A DNA stretch of 64,000 nucleotides, from NCBI RefSeq assembly GCF_009914755.1, contig NC_060931.1; one strand, given 5' to 3'. The first letter of the stretch is position 1, and each line of letters starts with the position of its first letter. The DNA comes from the human T2T-CHM13v2.0 reference genome, Homo sapiens. The notes below the pieces were generated by a model, which had not been told where the DNA came from, made no database searches, and worked only from the letters and a program-made list of their open reading frames with translations. This document shows positions 45,613 to 57,495 of this stretch, piece by piece. The position numbers were made by a program, and so were the translations under genes.

Positions 45613-46545
45613 CTAATCTTTCAGGAGTTGACAGCAGCGTTTCATCCCATCTCGGAGGGCCTCTTTGACTTTGTCATTCCGAAGAGTAAAGATGAAAGGA
45701 TTCAGGAAGGGGGTTAACACAGAAACCAACAGGGAAACTATCTTATTGTACTCAACTCCCTGTGTTTGCTTGGGTTTCACGTAGAGAAACAAGCAGCTGC
45801 CATAGCCAATCACAACACAGGTGAAGTGGGAGGCAAAAGTGGAGAAGGCTTTCCTCCGGCCAGAGGCTGACGGGATCTTGAGGATGGTGGAGATAATGTA
45901 GGTGTAGGAGACAATCGTAGGGATCAAAGAACCAATGAGAATAAAAACAGCCATTAAGAAAAGGATAAACTCTGTGAGAAGAGTGTTATCGCAGGACAGT
46001 TTGAGCAATTGCCCTCGGTCACAGTAAAAATGGTCTAATGAATTTGATTTGCGGAAGGTAAACTGAAATGTGGCATAGATGGGCCAGATTTCAGAAAGAA
46101 ATCCAAACACCCATGACACTATTACCACCCAAATACAGGTACTGCTGTTCATAATGATGTTGTACCTCAAAGGGTTACACACAGCCACATAACGGTCCAC
46201 AGCCATCACTCCAAGTAATGCAAACTCCATGGTCCCACAGGAAAAGTTGAGCGATACATGTAGAGAAAGATACTGTCTGCATCCCAGGAAGAGCAATCCC
46301 CAAAGCATCATGGGGACAATTATGGTTGTGACCAGGATCTCCAGGGTAGAGAGGTGGCTGAGGAAGAAATACATGGGGGACTGCAGACGTTTATCCACAC
46401 AGACAATCACAATGATGACCGTGTTTCCCATTAATGTCACTAAATAGAAGAAAAAGAATATAGCAAAAAGAATGTGGTGTAGTCCTTGGGACCCAGGGAA
46501 GCCTAGAAGGTGGAATTCAGTGGCACTAGAGTGGTTGTCCATCAT
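45613..46545 (-). CDS. OR9A2: Olfactory receptor family 9 subfamily A member 2; single coding exon; open but structurally damaged ORF
   Basis: 310-aa ORF with OR motifs LQSPMYFFL, MAVDRYVAVCNPLRY, HFYCD..LLKLSC, KAFSTFASH and PFLNPFIFTLRN, plus N-glycosylation sequon NHS. Sequence recognised as OR9A2. Confidence 0.95.
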   Translation of the reverse strand: MMDNHSSATEFHLLGFPGSQGLHHILFAIFFFFYLVTLMGNTVIIVIVCVDKRLQSPMYFFLSHLSTLEILVTTIIVPMMLWGLLFLGCRQYLSLHVSLNFSCGTMEFALLGVMAVDRYVAVCNPLRYNIIMNSSTCIWVVIVSWVFGFLSEIWPIYATFQFTFRKSNSLDHFYCDRGQLLKLSCDNTLLTEFILFLMAVFILIGSLIPTIVSYTYIISTILKIPSASGRRKAFSTFASHFTCVVIGYGSCLFLYVKPKQTQGVEYNKIVSLLVSVLTPFLNPFIFTLRNDKVKEALRDGMKRCCQLLKD

Positions 46546-47289
46546 TTAGTCCTTGATTCTGCTTGTTTTGAAGCCCAGAGATTAAAAGAGAGGTGGCATT
46601 GCTCCACATGGTCCTGCTCTCAAGAGAGAAGGAAGAAAAATTAGGTTAAGAAACTATTTCCAACCTGAGAATCAGGTGACATGTCCCTGCTACTGTGGTC
46701 GGCACATACATAGCTTGAGGTACATGTTGTCATCCCAAGTCTACAAGTGAGGCTCTCACTTCCCTGTGTAACCAGCCCCCTAGAATGGGTGAAGACATCT
46801 TCTTCTACTGGTGGTGAAATACCTTCCTTGCCTTTTTCCCCATTAAATATACCTTCTCTCGGGGGCAGAGGCTAAGACCTTTTAAATAGGCCAGTTTTAA
46901 AGGTGAGTCAATCAGGTCCCTCCGGTCCTGGAGTTACTTTCTCTTAGGTTAACTGTGCAAGATGACACAAAGGCATTTTATATGATGTTCAAAGGACAGA
47001 ATTTTAAACCCCAGCTCTCATCTGTAATGGTAATGCATAGACCCACCTTTGGGGCCAGCAGAAAGGAGGCAGAGGATGTAAGACTAACATCTCTGCTGTT
47101 CCAGATTTTAAAATCTCCATTTTACAGAACAGCAAGATCTCTAAATGAGAACTCTAGAGCTTGGGATAATTTCCCAGAACAGATCCATTCTTCTCTAATT
47201 CCATTTTCCTTCCAAAGTTGTGGGAGGAAGGAAAGATGGCACCTGGCACAGAAAAGGAATAGATCTGGGACCGCCAGCTGTTAAGGATG

Positions 47290-47750
47290 CCTGGCTCTCT
47301 GCCTGTCGCTTCATTCCATTATTCAAATGTCACCCTTTCCAAAGACTCTTTCCAATCACTCTGCCCAAAACAGAAAAGACACACTTATTATTGGACTTCC
47401 ATTTTTTTAATAACAGTTGTTATTACCTTGTATTATGTCTAATTATTTACTTCATTCCTTTATTTAACAATAAACAAATGTAGTCATGAACAGAACAAAG
47501 AAAATTCCATGCCCTGTGGAGCTTATATTCAAGGAAGAGGTGGGGGCTAGACCACACACAAGACACCTAAGTAAAATATGCAATAGTTTAGTTTGCTTAT
47601 CATGTCACAGGGAAAAAAATAAGCAAGAAAGAAGGAGAGGAAATTTAAGTGTATTTATTATTTATCAACGGCATTAGAATATAAACTCCATGAGGGCTAG
47701 GACATGTCTTCACTGTTGTATTCTGAGGCTGGCACATAAAATGTACATAC
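47290..47750. mobile_element. L2 fragments, both orientations
   Basis: 'tcaaatgtcacc', 'gccctgtggagcttatattc' and 'ttagaatataaactccatgagggc'. Confidence 0.55.
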
Positions 47751-47759
47751 ATAAATTAA

Positions 47760-48125
47760 GTAGTTATATATTTTATATATATATATCATATATCTTTTAT
47801 ATAGATATAGACAGATACATTATGTGAAATGAATATATCATAGATATATCTTATATATTAAATTATGTATTAATTTATCACAAGGTAACCGAACTAATAG
47901 CTGTGTGAGTCAAGATTTGAACCTAGGTCTGTCAGATTTCATCACTCACACAGCTAACTACCACACCTTATATTATATTATTATCTTATATTATTTATCT
48001 TATTTATATAAGATATATGAAATAAGATATATGAAATATATCTTATATTATATAAAATATACATATATTTTTTATTTATAAGATATTTAAATACATAAGA
48101 TATATGTATCATATACATAAAATAA
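47760..48125. repeat. AT-rich low-complexity tract containing a MIR fragment
   Basis: (TA)-rich runs; 'caagatttgaacctaggtctgtc' MIR piece. Confidence 0.7.
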
Positions 48126-48666
48126 GTAGTGCTGACAAATTTTGCTAGATGAGGTATGGATGGATGGATGGATAATATATGATTAAATAATACTTGTTCT
48201 GGCCAGGGCCTGGGCCACATTCCCTCAATCCTATTCTGGTTGGTTTTCCTTCCTGCCTCACATTACCATTTTCCCTCCTGCCCTTCCCTTGCTTAGGTAA
48301 CCCCTTCCCTGTCTACGTCACTGTTTTACTAATGGTTTAAAAAGCTTCAGGGACAGAATTGATGGGAAAGCTCAGTGTTCTGGTTTTCCACAACCTCTGC
48401 ATAACCAGCACGAGATGAAGAAACATGAGCGAGAAGGACACCGACTGTCAGGGAGCCGTGACTGTGTTAGCATTGGGTCCAAGAGGAGCCGGAAGTGCTC
48501 TCTGCTATGCAGGAAGGGTCTGGAGATGAGCCTATACACTCTACTGCTCCCCTAGCCCACACTTCAATATCTGGGTGACTTTGTTCTAGAAGATAGGCAG
48601 GCCCAGGATGTCCCATCCTAAAATGCTTTTACCCTCTTCTTCATAGAGGAGACCCCTTGGAAAGAC

Positions 48667-49030
48667 ACTCACCTTTACAGAGGGGCTTCGCCGCCTCTTC
48701 TGATGTTCTCTAGGGCTCCGCTGAGGCTACCTCCTGTCCTGCTAGTGCTGAGCCATGCACAGGGGCCAGAACAAGTTGCTGCAATCCCCACTCATGGCGA
48801 AGAAGGGAAATGTCCTCCCAGAGGAGCTTAGGAAAAAGCCCAGAAATGAGTGTTGGGCAAAGTTGAGGGTCCTCTCTCTCTCCCCTCTCCTCCCTCTTCC
48901 CTTCTTCCCAAGGGTACTTAATCACCGAGTTACTACTTCTTAATTAGCCCACGTTCAGGGAGTCCCCAGGCAATCAGTCTAGTGGGAGCAGAACAAACTT
49001 TAAGTTATTCCCATTTTTTGACCAATTAAG
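48667..49030 (-). promoter_or_regulatory. Predicted OR9A2 promoter and non-coding first exon
   Basis: O/E (EBF) site TCCCAAGGGT at 48906-48915 next to TAATCA; TTAATTAG at 48940-48947; TCCCCAGGCA at 48963-48972; CAATTAA at ~49023; consensus minus-strand donor AAG|GTGAGT at 48675-48667. Confidence 0.6.
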
Positions 49031-50499
49031 TTTTAGAACTTTTGAAAGTTTTTGTTTGACGGGAAAACCTGAAATCTTACCAATCAGGGACTTCTTAATA
49101 CTGGGGCTGCCTTCCTGAAAACCTCAGGTCTAGGTTTCCAGATGTCTCAGATTCTAAACAGTCAACTACCTCTGTCGTTTATCTTAGGCTTTTCTCAAGT
49201 TTCTCTAGTTATTCGGAGCCTAAATCAACCCTTTTCCCCCAGTAGGAGACACCACAATTGGCCTCTAAAACATGCACCAATATCCCAAAAAAGTCTGCAT
49301 ATTGGTCTTGGTCAAAGCCTTAACTTCACCAAATATCTTCTAAAAAGCCTGATGACTCCTTCATTCATTTTAAAAAGGCTCCTGCGTTTAGTCCTGTGGA
49401 CCCTACAGAATACTGTAAGAGGTCCCTCCCCTAAATCGAACTCTATTCTGTTCTATTGTCTCAGGTTTTCACTCCTCTTGATATATGTGCATCTGTATGC
49501 ATTCCAGCAAGATTCTTCCAGACTTTTTTTTTTCCTATGGCATGTCCCTGATTACCAGCTGGACCACTGCAAAGTAGAGAGAGCATAAGGACAGCTTATG
49601 TACACAGTTCTGTTTGCAACCTGGAGGAACTGACAAAATGTAAGTTGGAAATCTGTCTAATGCTGGAGTAAGACAGAAAAAGTAGGAATTACAAAACATT
49701 TGTCTGCATTTTTGTTTTCATTTTAAGTATTTTAAGTACACCTGTTAAATCTGAGAATTTCAATTGGTGCCTAAGGGTATAAATTGGGATTAATCTTTCT
49801 TCCAATTCCTTAAATTGCCCAAGCCCAAATACTTGCCATATAATTTTAGAGAAATTTTCCAAGCATGTATCTCCATATTCTTTTTCGTAAAGGCTGTGAA
49901 AATCTGTTTGCAACCTTTTCTTTCTCATTTAACAACATATAAAATATATCTTTCCATGTCAGCACATATTACTCTACCTCTTTTTTTTTTAACATAGGAT
50001 TCCATTATGTGGATGTCCTATTCTTTATTAGATAGACATTTATTAATTAATTTTCATTGTTGTTTCCATTTTTAATTATGAAAAAATGATGCTATAAATA
50101 TTCTTAGATATTTGTAAGTACATAAACATGTACTTGTAAGTAAAGTAAGTACGTATACATGTAAGTACATAAACAATTATATTTCTGAAAAAGAAAAAAA
50201 AGATTCCCTAGAGTTGGAATGTCTGGGTCAAATGCAGATGTATTGAAGCTATTACTTTTTATTGGCACCAAATTACACTCCAAACATTTTGTATTGATTC
50301 ACACAATTACTAAGACTGTGTAATAGAAGGGGTCTTGTTTTCCTGACCTGTTATAAGCCAAAGGCATAATTAAAATTTTAATTTTAAGTTGAAGAGAATA
50401 AAAACAAGACACCTTAAAAGGGAAATCAATTAACAAGCCTGATGAAATGGAAAATTTTTGAAAGATAAAAATGACCAAAACCAACTCAAAAACAAATAT

Positions 50500-51075
50500 G
50501 GATATAGAATCAACTTGAGTATCCATCAATGGATGAGTGAACACAGAAAATGTGGTGTATATATACAATGGAATAGAATTCAGCCATTAAAAGGAATGAA
50601 ATCTTGTCATTTGTGGCAAAATGGAGAAAACTGGAGGGCATTCCATTAAGTGAAATAAGCCAGGCACATAAAGACAAATACCACATGTTCTCACTCATAT
50701 GTGGAAACTAAAACAGTTGATCTCATAGAAGTACAGAATAAAATAATGGTTAACAGAAGCTAGAAAGGATATAGGGGAGGGGAAGACAGGAAGAGTTTGG
50801 TTAGTGGTTACAAAATTTCAGTTAAATAGAAGAAATAAGTTCCAGTGTTCTGTGGCATAGTAGGGTGACAAGTTTAATGACTATCTATTGTGTATTTCAA
50901 AATAGCTAGAAGAGAGGAATTTGAATTTCCCCAACACAAAGAAATGATGAACGTTTGAGGTTATAGATATCCCACTTACCCTGATTTGGTCACTACATGT
51001 TGTATACATATATCAAAATATCACATGTACCCCCAACATGTGTACAATTATTATGTACCATTAAAACTTTAAAAG
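50500..51075 (+). mobile_element. L1MA 3' end
   Basis: 'aaaatagctagaagagaggaatttgaat..caacacaaagaaatgat' L1MA-type 3'UTR. Confidence 0.85.
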
Positions 51076-51156
51076 TAAAATAAATGGCCACAGATGTTGT
51101 ACAAAATTTAATCTTAATAGAGTTGAAAATATTTTGTAAAAAATAAATCCAAACAA

Positions 51157-54100
51157 GGGGCCAAGATGGCTGAATAAGAAAAGCTCTGGTCTGCAGCTCC
51201 CAGTAAGACCAACACAGAAGGCAGGTGGTTTCTGCATTTCCAACTGAGGAACACAGTTCATCTCATTGGGACTGGTTAGGCAGTGGGTGCAGTCCACGGA
51301 AGGTGAGCAGAAGCAGGGTGGGGCATTGCCTCAGCTGGGAAGTGCAAGGTGCCAGGGGACCTCCCTCCTTGCAGCCAAGGGAAGCCATGAGGGACTGTGC
51401 TACCCAGCTGGATTACTACGCTTTCCCCACAGTTTTTACAATCTGCAGATCAGGTGCCTACGCCACCAGGGCCCTGGGTTTCAAGCACAAAACTGGGTGG
51501 CTGTTTGGGCAGACACCAAGCTAGCTGCAGGAGTCTTTTTCGTATCCCAGTGGTGCCTGGAACCCCAGCAATACAGAACCATTCGCTCTCCTGGAAAGGG
51601 GACTGAAGCCAGGGAGCCAAGTGGTCTCACTCAGTGTGTCCCACTCTCACAGAGCCCAGCAAGCTAAGAACCGCTGGTTTGAAATTCTCACTGCCAGCAC
51701 AGCAGCCTGAAGTTGACCTGGGATGATCCAGCTTGGTTGGGGTAGGGGCGTTCACAATTACTGAGGCTTTACTAGGCAGTTTTCCCCCGACAGTGCTAAG
51801 GCAGCAGGGAGGTCTGGACTGGATAGAACTCACCACAGTGTGGCAAAGTGGCTGTGGACAGACTGCTTCTCTAGATTCCTCCTTACTGGGCAGGGCATCT
51901 CTGAAAGAAAGGTAACAGCCCCAGTCAGGGGCTTGCAGACAAAACTCCCATCTCCCTGGGACAGAGCACCTGGGGGAAGGGGAGGCTGTGGGCACAGCTT
52001 CAGCGGATTTAATCTTTCCTGCCAGCTGGCTCTGAAGAGAGCAGCTGATCCTAACAAGAGGAATTCTCCCAGCACAGCACACCAGTTCTGCTAAGGGACA
52101 GACTACCTCCTCAAGTAACTCCCTGACCCCGTGCCTCCTGACTGGGAGAGACCTCCCAACAGGGGTCGACAGACAGCTCATACAGGTGAGCTCTGGCTGG
52201 CATCAGGCCGGTGCTCCTCTGGGATGAAGCTTCCAGAGGAAGGAGCAGGTAGCAATCTTTGCTGTTCTGCAGCCTCCACTGGTGATACCCAGGTGAACAG
52301 GGTCTGGAGTGTACCTCCAGCAAACTGCAGCAGACCTGCAGAAGAGAGGCTTATTAGAAGAAAAACTAACAAACAGCAACAACATCAACATCAACATAAA
52401 GGACCCCCACACAGAAACCTCATCCAAAGGTCATCAACCTCAAAGATGAAAGGCAGATAAATCCACAAAGATGAGGAAAAACCAGCACAAAAATGCTGAA
52501 AATTCTAAAAACCAGAATGCCTCTTCTCCTCCAAATGATCACAACTCCTCTCCAGCAAGGGCACAAAACTGGACAGAGAATGAAATGGATGAATTGACAG
52601 AAATAGACTTCAGAAGGTGGGCAATAACAAACTCCTGTGAGCAAAAGGAGCATGTCCTAATCCAATGCAAGGAAGCTAAGAACCTTGACAAAAGGTTACA
52701 GGAACTGCTAACTAGAATAACCAATTTAGAGAACATAAATAACCTGATGGAGCTGAAAAACACAGCACGAGAACTTCTTGAAGCATACACAGGTATCAAT
52801 AATAGCCAAATCTGTCAAGCAGAAGAAAGTATATCAGAGATTGAAGATCAACTTACTGAAATAAGGTGTGACAAGATTACAGAAAAAAAATGAAAATGAA
52901 TGAGCAAAGCCCCCAAGAAATATGGTACTATATGAAAAGACCAAACCTATGATTGATTGGTATACCTGAAAGTGACGGGGAGAATGGAACCAAGTTGGAA
53001 AACACACTTCAGGATATTATCGAGGAGAACTTCCCCAACCTAGCAAGACAGGCCAACATTCAAATTCAGGAGATACAGAGAATATCACTAAGATACTCCT
53101 CAAGAAGAGCAACCCTAAGACACATAATTGTCAAATTCTCCAAGGTTTAAATGTAGGAAAAAATGTTAAGGGCAGCCAAAGAGAAAGGGCAGGTTACCTA
53201 CAAAAGAAAGCCCATCAGACTAACCGGATCTCTCTGCAGAAACCCTACAAGCCAGAAGAGAGTAGGAGGCCAATATTCAGCATTCTTAAAGAAACAAAAT
53301 TTCAACCCAGAATTTTATGTCCAGCCAAACTAAGCTTCATAAGTGAAGGAGAAATAAAATCCTTTACAGACAAGCAAATTCTCAGGGATTTTCTCACTAC
53401 CAGGCCTGCCTTTACAAAAGCCCTTGAAGGAAGCACTAAATATAGAAAGGCAAAACCAGTAACAGCCACTGCAAAAACACACCAAAATATAAAGACCAAT
53501 GACACTCTGAAGAAACTGCATCAACTAATCTGCAAAATAACCAGCTAGCATCATGATAACAGGATCAAATTCACACATAACAATATTAACCTTAAATGTA
53601 AATTGGCTAAATGCCCCAATTAAAAGACACAGACTGGCAAACTGGATAAAGAGTCGAGGCCCATTGGTGTGCTGTATTCAGGAGATCCATCTCACGTGCA
53701 AAGACACACATGGGCTCAAAATAAAGGGATGGAGGAATATTTACCAAATAAATGGAAAGCAAAAAAAAGCAGGGGTTGCAAACTTAGTCTCTGATAAAAC
53801 AGACTTTAAACCAACAAAGATCAAGAAAGACAAAGAAGGGCATTGCATAATGGTAAAGGGATCAATGCAACAAGAAGAGCTAACTATCCTAAATGTATAT
53901 GCACCCAATACAGGAGCACCCAGATTCATAAAGCAAGTTCTTAAGAGACCTACAAAGAGACTTAGACTCCCACACAATGACAGTGGGAGACTTTAACAGC
54001 CCACTGTCAACATCAGACAGATCAATGAGACAGAAAATTAACAAGGATATTCAAGAATTGAACTCAGCTCTGGACCAAGTGGACTTAATAGACATCTACA

Positions 54101-56507
54101 GAACTCTCCACCCCAAATCAACAGAATATACATTCTTCTCAGTGCCACATAGCACTTATTCTAAAATCAACCACATAATTGGAAGTACAACACTCTTCAG
54201 CAAATGCAAAAGGATGGAAATCATAACAAACTGTCTCTCAAACCACAGTGCAATCAAATTATAAGTCAGGATTAAGAATCTCACTCAAAACCGCACAACT
54301 ACATGGAAACTGAACAACCTGCTCCTGAATGACTACTGGGTAAATAACAAAATTAAGGCAGAAATAAAGAAGTTATTTGAAATCAGTGAGAGCAAAGACA
54401 CAACATACTAGAATCTCTGGGACACAGACAAAGCAGCGTTAAGAGGGAAATTTATAGCACTAAGTGCCCTCTCTCATTACTCCTATTGGATGTTCTGGCT
54501 AGGGCAATCAGGCAAGAGAAAGAAATAGAGGGCATTCAAATAGGAAGAGAGGAAGTAAAATTGTCTCTGTTTGCAGATAAGATGATTGTATATTTGGAAA
54601 ACCCCACTGTCTCAGCCCAAAAACTCCTTAAGCTGATAAGCAACTTCAGCAAAGTCTCAGGATACAAAATCAATGTGCAAAAATCACAAGCATTCCTATA
54701 CACCACCAGTAGTCAAGCAGAGGGCCAAATCATGAGTGAACTCCCATTCACAATTGCTACAAAGAGAATAAATACCTAGGAATACAACTTACAAGGGATG
54801 TGAAGGACCTCTTCAAGTAGAACTACAAACCACTGCTCAAGGAAGTAAGAGAGGACACAAACAAATGGAAAAAAATTTCATACTCATGGATAGGAAGAAT
54901 CAATATTGTGAAAATGGCCATACTGCCCAAAGTAATTTATAGAATTCAATGCCATTACCATCAAGCTACCACTGACTTTTTTTGCAGAATTTGAAAAAAA
55001 CTACTTTAAATTTCGTATGGAAACAAAAAAGAGCCCATAGAGCCAAGATAATCCTAAGCAAAAAGAACAAAGCTGGAGGCATCACGCTACCTTACTTCAA
55101 ATTATACCACAAGTCTACAGTAACCAAAACAGCATGGTACTGATATCAAAACATATTTCTGAAATACACCACGCATCTATAGCTATCTGATCTTTGACAA
55201 ACCTGACAAAAACAAGCAATAGGGAAAGGATTCCCTATTTAATAAACGATTTTGGGAAAACTGGCTAGCCATATGCAGAAAACAGAAACTGGACCCCCTC
55301 CTTACACCTTATACAAAAATTAACTCAAGATGGATTAAACACTTAAATGTAAAACCCCAAGCCATAAAAACCCTAGAAGAAAACCAAGGCAATACCATTC
55401 AGGACATAGGCATGGGCAAAGCCTTTATGACTAAAATACCAAAAGCAATGACAACAAAAGCCAAAATTGACGAATGGGATCTAATCAAACTAAACAGCTT
55501 CTGCACATCAAAAGAAACTATCATCAGAGTGAACAGGCAACCTACAGAATGGGAGAAAATTTTTGCAATCTATCCATCTGTCAAAGGTCTAATATCCAGA
55601 ATCTACTAGGAACTTAAACAAATTTACAAGAAAAAAACAACCACATCAAAAAGTGGGCAAAGAATATGAACAGACATTTCTCAAAAGGAGACATTTATGC
55701 GGCCAACAAACGTGGAAAAAAAGCTCATCATCACTGGTCATTAGAGAAATGCAAATCAAAACCACAATGAGATACCATCTCATACCAGTTAGGATGGCAA
55801 TTATTAAAAAGTCAGGAAACAACAGATGCTGGAGAGGATGTGGAGAAATAGGAACGCTTTTACACTGTTGATGGGAATGTAAATTAGTTCAACTATTGTG
55901 GAAGACAGTGTGGTGATTCCTCAAGGACCTAGAACCAGAATTACGATTTGACCCAGCAATCCCATTACTGGGTATATACCCAAAGGATTATAAATCATTC
56001 TACTATAAAGACACATGAACTTGTATGTTTATTGCAGCACTATTTACAATAACAAAGACTTGGAACCAGCCCAAATGCCCATCAATGATAGACTGGATAA
56101 AGAAAATGTGGCACATATACACCATGGAATACTATGCAGCCATAAAAAAGAATGAGTCCATGTCATTTGCAGGGACATGGATGAAGCTGGAAACTCTCAT
56201 TCTCAGCAAACTAACAGAGGAACAGAAAACCAAACACTGCATGTTCTCACTCATAAGTGGGAGTTGAACAATGAGAATACATGGACACAGGGAGGGGAAC
56301 ATCACACACGGGGGCCTGTTGGGGGTTGAGGGGCAAGAGGAGGGAGAGAATTAGGACAAATACCTAATGCATGTGGGGCCTAAAACCTAGATGATAGGTT
56401 GATAGGTGCAGTAAACCACCGTGGCACATGTATACCCATGTAACAAACCTGCACGTTCTGCACATGTATCCCAGAAATTAAAGTAAAATTAAAAAATAAA
56501 ATAAAAT
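51157..56507 (+). mobile_element. L1PA8-like element with both ends present and a ~1.1-kb internal ORF2 deletion
   Basis: 5' ggggccaagatggc, ORF1 (MRKNQHKNAENSKNQ), ORF2 start (MITGSNSHITILTLNVN), 3'UTR and A tail. TSD aaaaa[t/g]aaatccaaa (51139-51153 / 56508-56522). Confidence 0.95.
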
Positions 56508-56969
56508 AAAAAGAAATCCAAAATATATAACAGAGGATGGGGCTTGTTATTGGGGGCCTGATGAGGACACAAATGAGGTAAAGGCAGGTGAAGGATAAAG
56601 ATAGCATTGGAGTGAGTCAGAAAGCAATTAGAATAAGTAGGCAAAGTGAGTTAAATAGATTATGGCTTTTGGGTGGAGGTAGAGATGAGGATGGGAGAGC
56701 AAATGAGGAATCATGAAGAGAAAATGGCTTATCTAGCCCTAATAGATGTCTGAGTGTGGCAAGGAGCTTTCAGACCCTTCCCCAAACAGATGTCTCTTTG
56801 GCTAAGTTCTATCAAAACATTTCTAAGCAACGTTCTGCAAACACCTCTTAGGGGAATAGAACATTTTCTTTGTAAAAACGAAGACAGATATTTTCTGTCA
56901 GTAGAGCCCATAACATTGAGAGCACAATTTAAAAGTGTACATCTTTGGTGAAAGTGGAAAAATTTCAAA

Positions 56970-57170
56970 ATAGCGTAAGATCATGAATAAAACATTGAAA
57001 TTGGAATCAGGAAACCTGAGTGCTGATTCCTTCTCATACTTATTAGCTCTGTGATACTTGGTGTGAATTTTCAGCCCTCTAGGTTTGAAATATCAGACCC
57101 CTCATCTGAAATATCAGGGCATTGATGGGCATGATGTGTAATTTTTCTTCCACTTTTACCTTGTGAAAGT
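56970..57170 (+). mobile_element. MIR
   Basis: 'ggaatcaggaaacctgagt..tacttattagctctgtgatacttgg'. Confidence 0.6.
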
Positions 57171-57192
57171 CAAGGGGCCGAAATGGAGCTAG

Positions 57193-57495
57193 TTTTTTTT
57201 TTGTTTTTTTTTTTGAGACGGAGTCTCGCTCTTTCGCCCAGGCCGGACTGCAGTGGCATTGTCTTGGCTCACTGCAAGCTCCACCTCCCGGGTTCATGCC
57301 ATTCTCCTGCCTCAGCCTCCTGAGTAGCTGGGATTGCAGGTGCCCACCACCGCGCCCGGCTAATTTTTTGTATTTTTAGTAGAGACGGGGTTTCACCGTG
57401 TTAGCCAAGATGGTCTCGATCTCCTGACCTTGTGATCCGCCCGCCTCGGCCTCCCAAAGTGCTGGGATTATAGGCGTGAGCCACCGCGCCCAGCC
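57193..57495 (-). mobile_element. AluY (Yk/Ye-like variant)
   Basis: AluY diagnostics (gcaagctcc, ccgtgttagcc, ctcgatctcc) plus 'ctttcgcccaggccggactgcag'; TSD atggagctagtttt. Confidence 0.95.

Noticed and set aside
47970-48110. Apparent palindromes in the AT-rich tract
   Set aside because: Self-complementarity is expected from (TA)-rich low complexity.
51627-54779. Long ORFs (184, 140, 147 and 97 aa)
   Set aside because: All lie in the L1PA8 5'UTR, ORF1 or ORF2, which are broken by stops and deletions. They are not host genes, and the L1 is not active.
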